DNA of 64,000 nt from Octopus vulgaris (GCA_951406725.2 OX597820.1:54560001-54624000), one strand, 5' to 3'; shown: positions 39,992-53,679, counted from the stretch's first letter. Translations and numbers: made by a program. The notes: generated by a model from the letters alone, not told the origin.

Positions 39992-41055
39992 ATGATTTGA
40001 TTTGATCTGGTTTCAGCTCATGAGCTGTGGTCATGCTGGGGCACCGCCATTTGGTGTTGCTGCATAATTTTACTTCACTCATTCTTTTTAGAAATTGACG
40101 TTTGGTGCATGACGCTGCCCTCGTCTGCACTTCCTGCTGTAAAGTTGATTCATCTGGGACACTTAATATTAATAGGTCTAGTTTCGTTTTGAAGACACTT
40201 ACATCCACCCCACATAGGTCTCTCAGGTCCTTCGGGAGGATATTGAAAAGCTGTGAGCCTTTAAAATCCAAGCTATTGCAATATCTTGTCCAATATCTTG
40301 ATGGCAAACTTTGAGTCTTTGGCACTATCGAGTGGCACCCTGTTCTAGCATTAGTGTAATTCTCGATGCCAAAGTTTGGAACAAGTCCCTCTAGAATCTT
40401 CCAGATGTATATTATAGCATATCTTTCCCGCCTACGCTCTAGGGAATAGAATCTCAATCTCTTGGGTCTTTCCCAGTAGCTTGTATACAGCATAAAGGTA
40501 ATCTTCTTCATGTGGCTTCGTTGGATTGCTTCAAGTTCTGCAATTAATTTTACACTGGTTGGTGACCATAGCTGGGAGCAATAGTTAAAGCGGCTTAGGA
40601 CAAATGATCATAGTTTCCTGATCTCTCGTTCTAAATGTTCTAAGAATCCAACCGGTCAGCCGCCTACATTTCACTGCCAAATTAGCGACATGCATATGGA
40701 AGGATGCATCATTACTCATGTAAATGCCCAGTTATCGCACTAACTGTGTCTCTGAGATTGCAATCCCTCCAGGTCCAGTGCATTTAATTGGTGTTGCGTT
40801 TAGTTTTGCATGCTGAAACTTTTCAACATTAAACTGCATGTTATTCTTCTCACTTTGTATATTTCATCCAACCCACATTGCAGGTGCAACTCACATAGCA
40901 GGGTTCTGTATCACCTGTGAGACTTTTGCATCATCTGCATAACTTGTGATCGTGGCTCTCTGTGTGGCTGAGGGCCATTATGAACAGTAGTGGTCCCAAA
41001 ACAGTGCCTTGCGGAACACCGATCACTATTTGTGCGTCATTGGAGGTGGCCCCAT
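39992..41055 (-). mobile_element. CR1-group LINE (family 1) RT to 3' end
   Basis: GVPQGTVLGPLLFI, SYADDAK, YSLERRRERYAIIYIWKILEG; stem-loop tail plus (ATCAA)n. Confidence 0.9.
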
Positions 41056-41733
41056 TTGTGTGTGCGTGTGTGTGTTTGTGTGTGGGGGGGAGCGTGTGTG
41101 TGCTTGCATGTGTGTGTATGTGTGTAACGGTTGTTATTGTTGTAACGGCATGTTGTAAGATGTGAAAGATGAACGATGAACAGTGATCGAAGTTGTAAAG
41201 AAATATTTATTTACCGTTACTTTGTATAATGCCATGCCTCGTCGGGCAGGTGTGTGTATCATATAGAAACAATAGAGTTATCTTTTCTTGTATGCTGTTG
41301 CTGTTTACGTTTGGTCAACTGCTAACTAGGAATTAGAGGAAGATTTAGTGAATGTTAAATGTAGGAAGTAGATACCTTCATTGAGCCTGACATTTAAACA
41401 GCAGCGGTGTTGTGATAAGACACTGTATCATAGTTGACATTCTCACTGTAAACATTCACTCAGTTGAATTATCTCACTAACTGGATTCTGCCTGTGGCCG
41501 CCTCTGGGTCATCCCCTTTTTGCCAACATCACTTTTTCCTGCGGTGTTTTAGTATTTATAATTATCCAAACTGGTTAGAAGGAAAGACATATTGTTGAGA
41601 ACAATGAAATTCGTTGGCGGTCTGTTATCTCTATTCTAGCTTTTGGTGGCCTAGAAGAGGTTAGAAGCGTCAAGTGGCAAAAACATTATTCTGCTTAGCG
41701 AAGGCATCTGGCAAATGTAACAGCAGTAATGTA

Positions 41734-43036
41734 CGAGGGGCGTTCAATAAGTAATGCCCCTGACCCACTTCCCATAGTAGTAGAGCAACAAAACTCGGCA
41801 CAGGTATTAGTCTTTTTCTACATATGAACCACCCAGAGTTACGCATTTCTCCCATCGTTTGATGCAGCTCTGGATACCGTTTTTGTAGAAGACCCCAGCT
41901 TGGTCCTTCAACCACGACGTGACTTCAGAAATCAAGGCTGCATCATCTGGTAAACGCTTTCCTTTTAAAAACAACTTCATGGGTGGGAAGAGGTGAAAAT
42001 CAGAGGGTGCAAGGGCAGGAGAGTAGGGGGATGGGGGAGAAGTTCATAGCCGCATGCCTGTGCATTTGATCTGGCGACACGCGAGTTGTGGACCGGAGCG
42101 TTGTCCTGCAGGAGGAGGATGCCTTTGCTGATCTTGCCCCGCCTCTTGATTTTGATAGCTTCTCTTAATTTCCTCAAAAGTGAAGCATAATAGGCTCCTG
42201 TAATTGTGGTACCCTTTGCCAGAAAATCTGTCATCACTACTCCGTCCTGGTCCCAGAAGACTGTGAGCGTGACCTTGCCAGCGGAGGGCTGCACCCTTGC
42301 CTTCTTTGGAGGAGGTGAGTCACGGCACTTCCACTGCATTGACTGGGCTTTGGTCTCTGGATCATAGTGATGGACCCAGGTTTCATCCTGTGTAATCAGT
42401 CTTTTGAAATATTTTGACTCATCTTCTTGGCACATCTCCAAATTTATCCTCGAGCATTCGACGCGTTCTTGCTTCTGGAAAGGTGTGAGCAACCTGGGAA
42501 TCCATCTGACAGACACCTTTTGCATATGTAAATGGTCATGAATGATAGTTTCCACAGACCCGGTACTAATCTTGACTTCATGGGCTATTTGGCGAATAGT
42601 TATGCGTCGATCTTCCAAAATGGCAGCCTCAACTTGACGGACAGATGCCTCATCAATGGCAGAAGTGGGGGCGACCAGATCTGGGAGCTGTTTCCACAGA
42701 GTTCCGACCAAGTTTGAATTCACGATGCCAGCGTTTTACAAGGTCATATGATGGGGCATCATCACCATAAGTTACTTTCATTTCATCAAAAGTTTCCCGT
42801 GGTGTGCGTCCTTTCAAATACAAAAACCGGATCACTGCTCGACACTCAACAGGCCCCATTTCACACCTGACTCAGTTCAAACACCTGTAAATCAGAAACC
42901 ACAATTAGTTCAGAGCTGTAATTTCTCACTTAATCTATAGAGATATAAATAATTGCACATGCAATTGCACATGCAATTTCAGCTAGATCAAACAACTGCA
43001 ATTGGGTCAGGGGCATTACTTATTGAACGCCCCTCG
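41734..43036 (-). mobile_element. Full-length mariner (DD34D, irritans-like) transposon, 1303 bp
   Basis: Perfect 34-bp TIRs (41734-67/43003-36); TA target duplication. Confidence 0.97.
41807..42859 (-). pseudogene. Mariner transposase with two frameshifts
   Basis: MGPVECRAVIRFL..RSGRP / ..WIPRLLT..ITQDETW..LLQDNAPVH..LPHP / YSPALAPSDFHLF..RWEKCVTLGGSYVEKD*; shifts at ~42668 and ~42027. Confidence 0.95.
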
Positions 43037-43145
43037 TAACTGCTGTAACTCACAGAAAAACCATTGTTTTACCGTGAAAAAAGGTGCTGTTGAACTATTA
43101 AGTGAAAGACAGACACGCTATGCCTGCATGAAGCCACTACATATA

Positions 43146-43797
43146 TGATTGATTGATTGATTCTAGTTTCAGCTTATGAGCTGTGGCCATGCTGGGGCAC
43201 CGCCATTTGGTGTTGCTACTTGGTTTCACTTCACGAAAGCTTTCTAGCAACTGCCATTTGGTGCATGAGAGAGTTCGATGCAGCTGCCCTCATCTGCCCC
43301 TCCTGCCGTGAAGTTGGTTCATCTGGGACACCTGACAGGAAGAGATCCAGCTTCATTTTAAAGACATCTGCATCCACCCCATGCAGGTCTCTCAGGTTCT
43401 TCGGGAGGATATTGAAGAGCTGTGGGCCTCGGAAGCCCAGGCTATCACAGAATCTTGTCCTACATCTTGATGGCAAGTTTGGAGTCCTAGACACCACGCA
43501 GTGGCGCCCAGTTCTGGCATTTGCGTAACTCTCGATGCCAAAGTTCAAGACACGTCCCTCCAGGATCTTCCAGATGTATATTATGGCATATCTTTCCCGC
43601 CTACGCTCCAGGGAATATAGTTTTAATCTCTTGAGTCTTTCCCAGTAGCTTACATTCTGGATAGAGGCTATCTTCTTCGTGTAGCTACGTTGGATCGCCT
43701 CGAGCTCTGTGATCAACTTGACACTGGATGGTGACCATAACTGAGAGCAGTAGTCAAAGTGGCTTAGGACAAGTGTCCTCCAGAGGACCATCATGGT
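43146..43797 (-). mobile_element. CR1-group LINE (family 1) 3' fragment, open reading frame retained
   Basis: LVLSHFDYCSQLWSP..LEAIQRSYTKKI..YWERLKRLKLYSLERRRERY; stem-loop tail and (AATC)n. Confidence 0.92.
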
Positions 43798-43817
43798 ATA
43801 TATATATATATATATAT

Positions 43818-43924
<107 letters not shown>

Positions 43925-44284
43925 TAGTTGAGGTGTATATCGTTAAGAACGAATAAGAGTACAAAACAGAGCTTGTTCACCTTTAGATTAAAAAGCTGCC
44001 GAATTGTACTCCATCTTACTTTTGACTCTATTCTTTCATTCATATATATATTATCCGAAATGTATAGTATAAAATATCCATCGCGGCTGATCTTATAGGT
44101 GCGAGCCCAATGGTCACTCACTGATTTGAATTAGTGTACAGATTTTATATTATAAGAAAAAGGACACCTTGGGGAACATCCAGAATGATTGCCGCCCTAC
44201 ATACGCTGCTATTTCTTAACCAGCTTTTTCCGGGTGCCCTAAATAATTTCCCAAAATTCTGACTACCTCTTTACGCGCGTGCAT

Positions 44285-44332
<48 letters not shown>

Positions 44333-44562
44333 ACACACACACACGCGTGAATTTACGTATTTAAATCAGCTTTTATTTATATATTTCTTTATACTTGTAC
44401 CTGTGTATAGACGTTTCTGTCTATCTATCTTTAGGTCTCTCTATCTCTCTCTCTCTCTCTCTCACACACATACACACACGCGCGCGCGCGCGCGTGAATT
44501 TACGTATTTACGTCCGCTTATATTTATATATTTGTTTATATTTGTATCTATGTATAGACGTT

Positions 44563-44630
<68 letters not shown>

Positions 44631-44640
44631 ACACACACCT
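44285..44640. repeat. Tandem duplication (~147-bp period) of a unit containing (CT)n(CA)n
   Basis: cgcgtgaatttacgtattta...tgtatagacgtttct occurs at 44344 and 44491. Confidence 0.8.
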
Positions 44641-44870
44641 CAGATGATTTACGACCATAATATTATGCATTTCCTCCTCTACGCAGCAATAAAATCTATT
44701 CCACTTTTAACTTGAATATTTTGTTTCTACATTATATTTGTACCACTTTTCACTAACACAGAATATCGCTTGTTTTTTCTCTGAAAACTACTATATCTCT
44801 TTCAAGTGAGTCATCGTTACTAAATTTAGAAAAGTGGGAAAATCCTGTTAATTCATCATATACATGTGTA

Positions 44871-44909
<39 letters not shown>

Positions 44910-44932
44910 CAAACACATCACACAAAAACACA

Positions 44933-44980
<48 letters not shown>

Positions 44981-45184
44981 CGTCTGTAAAACATAAATCC
45001 GAAAAGAAGCGCACACTCTCGAACAGTATATAAATAAAGCTAGATAGGGCAGGTTCGCAAGTACATTCAGTTTCTCCTATCAAGTTACAAATTAAACGCC
45101 ACGTGTAATTAATGTTCATCAAAGGGGAGAGAATTTATCATGCTACAGTGGGGAGAGCTGGGTTTTTCAGTTTCTGTTGCAGTT

Positions 45185-45980
45185 GAGGATAGACGGAAGC
45201 AGAGAGTATGGGACAATCTACGTTCAGGTCCCACTTTCAACTTTCTTCTCGATCAATCTGATCAATTTTCAAGGTGTCGCCTACTTTCTGCTAGTACAAA
45301 ATTCTCAGGGGACTAGATTGATGCCCTATCTGCGAGCTCTACATTAGAACTCTACTCGGTTTCGATGAGCTCTGATTTTCAATCGCAGACTGGGAGCTGG
45401 TGTCTGTAAGGGATTGAGATGTCGCTATGGTAGGCCTCTCGATCCCACAGGTCTTCACGGTCTGTCTTGCCGCCTAAATGCTGGTCGCTTCGCTCTTCAC
45501 ACCGAGCTGAGCTTCATCAATCTCAAGCGGGCCCTGGCTCGGATTGATATCCCTTCAGTTCTGGAGCTGGCGGGATTATCCAGAAGTGATGAGAGGATAT
45601 CAGATGGTCTTACTCTCTGTCCCTGGGTAAAAGGTAGGTGTCTCATCTAGGACGTCACGGCCAGTGACTCTTTTGGTCACTCCCACATCATGGATGCTGC
45701 AGTAAATGGGAGGGTCACTGCTTCCGTAGCCGAATAGAACAAAACCCTGAAGTATCGGGACCTAGCAGTGAACCATCACTTCCAGCCTGTGGCGTTTGAG
45801 ATGTTTGGAGGGACTGGGTCACAAACGGCGAAGTTTTTGTCATTGCTTGTAGCTCACCTCACCGAGGTGGCAGGTGATGATCGTGAGGGTGCTTGGCTTT
45901 TCCAACGCTTTAGCCTCACCATCGCCAGTGGTAATGCCGCGAGCATGGTAGCTTGCTTCAGTAGATTCCATTGAACCTTG
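45185..45980 (+). mobile_element. CRE-clade non-LTR retrotransposon 3' part (zinc knuckle + restriction-like endonuclease), decayed
   Basis: C..G..LDPTGLHGLSC, R.SDGLTLCPW.KG, DVT, AE.NK..KY, FQPVAFEMFG, WLFQRFSLTIASGNA; two in-frame stops. Confidence 0.85.
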
Positions 45981-46114
45981 TGGTGTGCGACCAATCGAAG
46001 CACTTGGTACTGCATTGATGTTTTCTTTCTTTCTTTTCTTTCTCTCTTATTTTTTTTTTTTTTGCTTTTTTCTTTGTCTTTCTTTTGTACTATATATGTA
46101 TCATATACATCTCT

Positions 46115-46342
46115 CTCTAACCGCTCAGTCGAAGTCGACTCTCGGTCACTCGTTGGATCAGTGTCCTCCAGTCAGTTCTATCTTGGGCCGCTTCCTTCAG
46201 ACTGGCCATGTCCATTCCGGTATCACTCCTGGTGGTGTCAAGCCAGCGGGTTCTTGGTCGGCCTCTTCCTCTCTTGTCACTGACCATTCCGAGCATGATG
46301 TCCTTCTCCAGGGATTCTCTCCGCATAATATGACCGAAATCT
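46115..46342 (-). mobile_element. RTE LINE extreme 3' fragment
   Basis: SLEKDIMLGMVSDKRGRGRPRTRWLD...AQDRTDWR. Confidence 0.85.
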
Positions 46343-46664
46343 GTGTGTGTGTGTGTATGTTTGTGTGTGTGTGTGTCTGTGTGTATACATACGTGTTACA
46401 TATGTGATAAAATTTGTAAATAAAATTGTCAATATTTTAAATTTGTTTCGGTCATTGGATTGTGGCTTTAGAGGGGCACCGCTTTGTAATGTTTTTAGTC
46501 AAACGAATTCACCTTCAGCACCATTTTTTTTTTCTGAGTATGGTATTTAATCTATCGGCACCTTTTATCCAACCACTTCCAAAAAAGAACGTAAACAAAC
46601 CGTTATCGGCTGTCAAGTAGTGGAGGGGGAAAACAATACCACGAAAACACACATGCATATATAT

Positions 46665-46707
<43 letters not shown>

Positions 46708-47053
46708 TGTGTGTGTATGTGTGTGTGTGTGTATGTGTGTGTGTGTGTCTATGCGTGTGTGTGTGTAATATATTACTGCTCTAACTTTAAAAGTGTGCTT
46801 CTTTTTCGATATATGATTCACTGATTATATATATATTTATACACGGTGAACTTCTTTCAGTTTCCATCTACCAAATCCACTCATAAGGTTTGGTCGACCC
46901 TGGACTATAGAAGAAGATAATTGTTCCAGGTGATATTCAGTAGTACTGAACCTATGAACCTGGAACCATGTGCTTGGGAAGCGAACTTCTTATCAAACAG
47001 TAAAAAGTTAAAAAAATACTTTCAAATTGTTTCAGTTAGTGAACTGTAGTCGA

Positions 47054-47109
<56 letters not shown>

Positions 47110-47331
47110 AAATGTCTTCTACTATAGACTCGGGCCGGCCAATGCGTTATGAGTGGATTTGGTAGATGGAAACTGAAAGAAGCCCGTGGTGTATATATAT
47201 GTGTAAGTATGTATGCATGTATGTATGTATCTATGTATGTATGTATGTGTATGTATATAGATATATATATATGTGTGTGTGTGTGTGTATGTGTATGTAT
47301 ATATGTATGTATGTATGTATGTGTGTGTGTA

Positions 47332-47386
<55 letters not shown>

Positions 47387-47645
47387 ATCTTTGTGCCTGT
47401 GTTTTCGCCCCACCATAGTTTGCCAACCGATGCTGGTGTGTTTAAGTCCCCGAAACTTAGCGGTTCGGCAAAAGAATAAGTCCTGGAGTCGATTTGGTCA
47501 ACTAAAGGCGGTGCTCCAGCATGGACGCTGTCAAATGACTGAAACGTGTAAACGAGTAAATGAGTAAAGGGTATATACTGCGATCTATTCATTCGACTAA
47601 AAGTTCTTAAAAGCGGTCCTCTAGCATGGCTACAGTCTCAAAAAT

Positions 47646-47680
<35 letters not shown>

Positions 47681-47742
47681 CATACATAAATACATACATA
47701 CATACATACATACATACATACATACATACATACATACATACA

Positions 47743-47773
<31 letters not shown>

Positions 47774-48256
47774 GCAGACATGGCTGTGTGGTAAGAAGCT
47801 GGCTTCCTAACCACATGGTTCCGGGTTCAGTTCCACTGCGTGGCACCTTGAAGCAGTGTTCCCCACTATACTTTCGGGTCGACTAAAGCCTTGTGAACGG
47901 AGTTGTTAGACGGAAACTGAAAAATGCCCATCGTATGTGTGTGTGTGTGTGTGTGTGTGTCTGTGTGTGTGTCTGTGTGTGTGTCTGTGTGTGTGTGTCT
48001 GTGTGTCTGTGTGTGTGTCTGTGTGTCTGTGTGTCTGTGTGTGTTACTAGAGTTTGGGCAAAAGATATCGATAGAATAGGTAGGAGTCTTTAATAAAAAG
48101 GGTACTGGGGCGATTCACTTGACAAAAACTTCTTCAAAGCGGTGCCCCAGCATGGCCACAGTCATATGACTGAAACACGTAATAAAGACAAAAGATGAAA
48201 AATTATATATATATATAATATCTATATATATCTATATATATATATATATATATATA

Positions 48257-48287
<31 letters not shown>

Positions 48288-48477
48288 TACGGGTGTCTGT
48301 GTGTGTGTGTGTGTACGTACGGGTGTCTGTGTGTGTGTGTGTGTGTGTGTACGTACGTACGTGTGTCTGTGTGTGTGTGTACGTACGGGTGTCTGTGTGT
48401 GTGTACGTACGGGTGTGTATGGTTACTTCGCTTCAACTGAATCATACATGCACACGCATATATACATACACTTTTAC

Positions 48478-48555
<78 letters not shown>

Positions 48556-48670
48556 ACAAGCACACGCAGACGCTCGCGCGCGCGTGCACACACATGCACA
48601 CACACATAAACCACCGAAAACGCGTTTCTACATGAGAGTGTCACTTGTAGTTCAGAGATGGACAAACTAA

Positions 48671-48793
48671 CGTCATCAGACTTTCATGATATGTAGTCAC
48701 CATGGTAACATAATAATCTCTGTACCCACGATTTTCTTTTAACATCTCTGTCGTCATCAATACCTTAGTTACCCATGGCAACAAATGACGTCA
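48671..48793. promoter_or_regulatory. Cluster of two RFX X-boxes, one full CRE and two half-CREs
   Basis: GTCACCATGGTAAC (48696-709), GTTACCCATGGCAAC (48768-782), TGACGTCA (48786-793), CGTCA (48671, 48752). Confidence 0.6.
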
Positions 48794-49330
48794 CAAAAGC
48801 TCGCGTAGAATGTTCAGGTTCGTAAAGAATGTGAGAGAGACTCTGACAGAGCGAAGGAGATAAACTGGTGTGGGAATGGGAGAAAAAGGCAGAAGAAGAG
48901 TGATAGGGACAGGAGAGTGAGAGTGAGAGTACAGTAAAAAAAAAAAGGTAACAGGTGTGTGTATAATGTGTATATATGTATACAATGTATATGTGTATAT
49001 ATGTATGCGTATGTTTAAGAAACAAGTTAATATAGATTGTAAAATAGATTTGAATATAGATTTAAACTATAGAATTGTGATGAACTTGAGACCCTAACAA
49101 AAAGATTACTCGGAGTCCTTCCCGAATATGAGTAATATTGTTAGCCTGGTATGATTACAGAGAGATTAAGAAGTATTTTACTTAGATTGATAATCCCTCA
49201 CTATTTGTGTGTGCGTATATATTATTTACGTATGCGTATATATAAATACGGGTATAACTCAACGTGCGCTGTTTTGCGATGTCTTTTTCGACTTTACCTT
49301 GTTCTTTTGTTGCGTTTTGCGAAATTAAAG

Positions 49331-49384
<54 letters not shown>

Positions 49385-49520
49385 ACTTGGGTCGATTTAT
49401 CCGACTTTACGCTCGTCTAAGCAAACATATTTGAAAGCATAATTTCTTTAAATATCCTAAAAATTAAAAGTGAAGCGGTAAGTCAAATAAAATAAATGTG
49501 AATATATACTATCTATCTAC

Positions 49521-49580
<60 letters not shown>

Positions 49581-49790
49581 ACTTGTTTCAGTCATTTGAC
49601 TGCGGCAATGCTGGAGCACCGCCTTTAGTCGAGCAAATCGACCCCGAGACTTATTCTTTGTAAGCCCAGTACTTATTCTATCGGTCTCTTTTTGCCGAAC
49701 CGCTAAGTTACGGGGACGTAAACACACCAGCATCGGTTGTCAAGCAATGCTAGGGGGACAAACACAGACACACAAACATATACACACACA

Positions 49791-49852
<62 letters not shown>

Positions 49853-50069
49853 TACGACGGGCTTCTTTCAGTTTCCGTCTACCAAATTCACTCACAAGGC
49901 ATTGGTAGGCCCGAGGCTATAGTAGAAAACACTTGCCCAAGATGCCACGCAGTGGGACTGAACCCGGAACCAGGTAGCTGGTTAGCAAGCTACTTACCAC
50001 ACACTCCTGCGCCTATATATATATAAATATAATGTATATCTATACTATATATATATATATATCCACATA

Positions 50070-50111
<42 letters not shown>

Positions 50112-50531
50112 TACACACCAGCTGACCCTGTGCCGTCAAAAATGACGGCTAATTGTAGCATTTTAAATATAAATAAGGTACAAAATAAGCTGCAGATACA
50201 AACATTCACATACTTCCCTCGTACAGGCACACACATACACACATATACTCACATACAGTTGAAACGCTGTTTGATTTCTTTTTCACCATAGAACTTCCGT
50301 CATCCCGCCACGAAGTTTCCCATCACCCTTTCCTTTCTCATTCATATGTTGTGACAGAGAATAACAGAAGATACACGATGCGCTCTTTGCCACTTCCTTG
50401 CTCACATTGCTATTATTTTCTCTGACTCCCGGCTATTACTCTCACTACTTCTCCTTCACTGAATTACTATTTCCTCTCCTCTCCCTTCACTGATACTAAT
50501 ATTTCTTCTACTCCGTTCTGCGTGATTTTGG

Positions 50532-50599
<68 letters not shown>

Positions 50600-50680
50600 A
50601 TTACGCTCAACATATTGAACGTATTGTATAATTATAAACAGGGCAAATTTTAGCCATTTCTCCGCAGACTGAAAAAAACA

Positions 50681-50723
50681 ACCTTAATCGATTTTCGAAC
50701 CTTATTCTGTTCTCATCTGAGGC
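50681..50723 (-). ncRNA. Decayed minimal hammerhead motif near (TA)n
   Basis: Minus strand gcct-CAGATGA-gaac-agaataag-gttc-GAAA-atcgat-TA-aggt; U4 is changed to A. Confidence 0.55.
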
Positions 50724-51200
50724 GTCCACATTCTCCAGGGAAATGAGCAGCCAAACTGTTTACATACTCAACAAATGCAAAAGTTACTCTATGAAGGAGT
50801 CCCTAATTTGCATACTGAAAATGTTTAACACTATAAATACCAGCGGTCTAGAGAGAGATACATATGGGTATGTGCATGTGTGTGTATGTGTGTGAGTGTG
50901 TGTGTACATACATATATACATGTGTATACATATATATGTCTGTGCGGATGTGTGTGTATGTATGTATATATATGAATATATATGTATACATACATATATA
51001 AAAGTACATATATATAATAATATAAATAATGCACAGGAGTGTCTACGTGGTAAGTAGCTTGCTTACCAACCACATGGTTCCGGGTTCAGTTCCACTGCGT
51101 GGTACCTTGGGCAAGTATCTTTTACTTTAGCCTCAGGCCGATCAAAGCCTTGTGAGTGGATTTGGTAGACGGAAACTGAAAGAGGCCCGTCGTATATATG

Positions 51201-51278
<78 letters not shown>

Positions 51279-51976
51279 TGTGTGTGTGTATGTGCGTCTA
51301 CATTTGTCCCCCATCAACATCGCCTGACAACCGATGGTAGTGTGTTTATATCCTCGTAACTTAGCGGTTCGGCAAAAGAGACCGATAGAATAAGAGACCG
51401 ATACAAAGCACAAGTGGGGTCGATTTGCTAGACTGCATGGCCGCAGTCAAATGATTGAAACAAGTACAACTTTATGCTTATACGTTACTAACTGTATAAT
51501 GAAGTACGAAAATAAAGTACGAAAATCTACTAGCACAAATCAGCCGACGTTTTGACTGAATTATACGTAACGCTACAAGTTTTATTTAGTTCGTTCAGAG
51601 TTGCCTCTCTTAGGTATATCTCATCGGCAAGGGCCAATAAACTCAAAATATCTATGTCTGAGGTTCCTGAGAGGTGGGGACACTGAACGAACTGGGTGTT
51701 TTCACACTTTTTTACCATAAGAGAAATTTTTCTCCGGGATAACTGCAGTGTATTTGCGTTTAGCAGTTGAAATATGTGACAGACATATTTCAACTAAGCT
51801 AAAATGTGATTATATAAATATATGTGTGTATGTGTGTGTGTATGTGCGTGTGTGTGTGCGTGTGTGTGTGTGTGCGTGCGTGTGTGTATAAATGTATATA
51901 TTTCTATACGTATATATGTATGCATACATACACACATACTCACACACACATACACACATACACACACATACGTATG

Positions 51977-52017
<41 letters not shown>

Positions 52018-52211
52018 TCTTTTACTTGTTTCAGTCGTTTTGACTGTGGCCATGCTGGAGCACCGCCTTTTAGTCGAAGAAATCGACCCCTTGGACTTAT
52101 TCCTTGTAAGCTTGGTACTTATTCTATCGGTCCCTTATGCCGAACCGCTAGTTTACGGGGACGTAAACACACCAACATCGGTGAAAGACAAATAAAGACC
52201 TAAACACACAA

Positions 52212-52272
<61 letters not shown>

Positions 52273-52791
52273 TGTGGCGGTCTTAGCAAGCTTCTTACCA
52301 TACAGCCATGCCTGTGCCTATATACTTTTAATATTGATGTTGATGATGCTTTAGTTCAATAATATATCTTTCTAGAATTCCCTTAAGGATTTTATAACCA
52401 ACTTCATCAGTTAACATTTTGGATCATTTTTTTTTTACGTCGTCCTTTGGTCTTGTTTTGAGAAGAAACCTAACTTCAAGTAACTTTTCAGAGATCAATT
52501 TTTAAACGCTATCTTTTAAACCCGACAAAGTATGTAAGGGGCGCAAATTCTGATTTTGCACACCCCAAACATTTTAGAGGATGCAAGTGCACCATCAGCA
52601 CCCCCAAGACACAGACACTCACACTATGTATATGTATGTATGTATGTATGTATGTATATATACTAGTACTTATTCTATCGGTCTCTTTTGGAGAACGGCA
52701 AGGTCATGGAAACGTAACCACACCAACAACGGTTGTCAAGCGGTGATGGGGAGAAACACAGACACAAAAAACACACAGAGATATATGTATG

Positions 52792-52827
<36 letters not shown>

Positions 52828-53089
52828 TTAGTAATTATACATATACAAAAAAGGTAGTGAGATGGCAGAATCGTTAGCACCCTGGGAAAAATGCTTAGCA
52901 GCGTTTCGTCCGTCTTTAACGTGCTGAGTTGAAATTCCTCCGAGGCTGACTTTGCATGTCTTCCTTTGGGAGTCGACACAATAAGTACCATTTGACCACT
53001 GGAGCCGATGCAATCGACTCACAGACTCCCCCGAACTTGCTGGCCTTGTGCCAAAATTTGAAACTAATAATTATATACATATATATATA

Positions 53090-53675
53090 TGTAGTGACCC
53101 TATAACGGCGCGCGCTCGCGCACCGTCCATTTGTATTTCGCGCGTGTTGGTGCCTTTACCAAGGCAGAGAAAGGAAGGGCCCTCTCGCGCATGCGCGAAC
53201 CACCGGAAGCACGACCCTAGCGAGGCAAGGGGCCGTAGAACGTTTGACCGCTGGCAGCAGCAGCGGGGACTTGGGACGGCAGCGATTGAACGCGACGGTC
53301 ACGCATATTTTTCTCTCCGTTCGAACTTGCTTCTAGCAGTCCTTACCAAAAGGCCTTTAACCAAATTGTTGCAGACCAACATCGTCTCCATTGTTCGACG
53401 CCATCTTGAACCAGTTCTGGTTTTAGCGGCTGAATATTGTAAATATTACAATCGATTAACTTTCAGCCTTGCGCGCCCAGAACCAAGGACATCAGATAAC
53501 ACACTTATTGTTATTGTTACCAAGAAAGAGAATAAAGTAGTATATATATATTTTACGTCTGCGTCTTGTTGTTTCTGACTGGTAGAATTCTGGATTATTA
53601 AAGCAACGGCTAGTGATTGCTTTCTTGTACCCCGAAAGTACAAGGGAAGATATTCACTCACACATTCAAGTTCGT

Positions 53676-53679
<4 letters not shown>
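53090..53679 (+). mobile_element. Solo LTR (590 bp) inserted in (TA)n
   Basis: TGTAGTGA...TCGTTACA ends; AATAAA at 53531; GC-rich 5' half; TA repeats on both sides. Confidence 0.75.

Larger units (their letters stand above)
41123..43141 (-). mobile_element. Solo LTR-like element interrupted by mariner
   Basis: TG...CA ends; the flanks 41123-41731 and 43039-43141 join and align to 53725-54481; AATAAA on the minus strand at ~41206-41211. Confidence 0.65.

Noticed and set aside
48612-48685. Minus-strand CTGATGA ... GAAACGCGTT
   Set aside because: Stems I and II do not form; the matches come from the half-CRE and an AAACGCGTTT palindrome.
51530-51793. 87-aa minus-strand ORF ending LNELNK
   Set aside because: Only faint resemblance to hAT transposase; insufficient for a call.
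53048-53578. 176-aa ORF
   Set aside because: It starts in a SINE, crosses a TA run and lies in a GC-rich solo LTR; no domain recognised.
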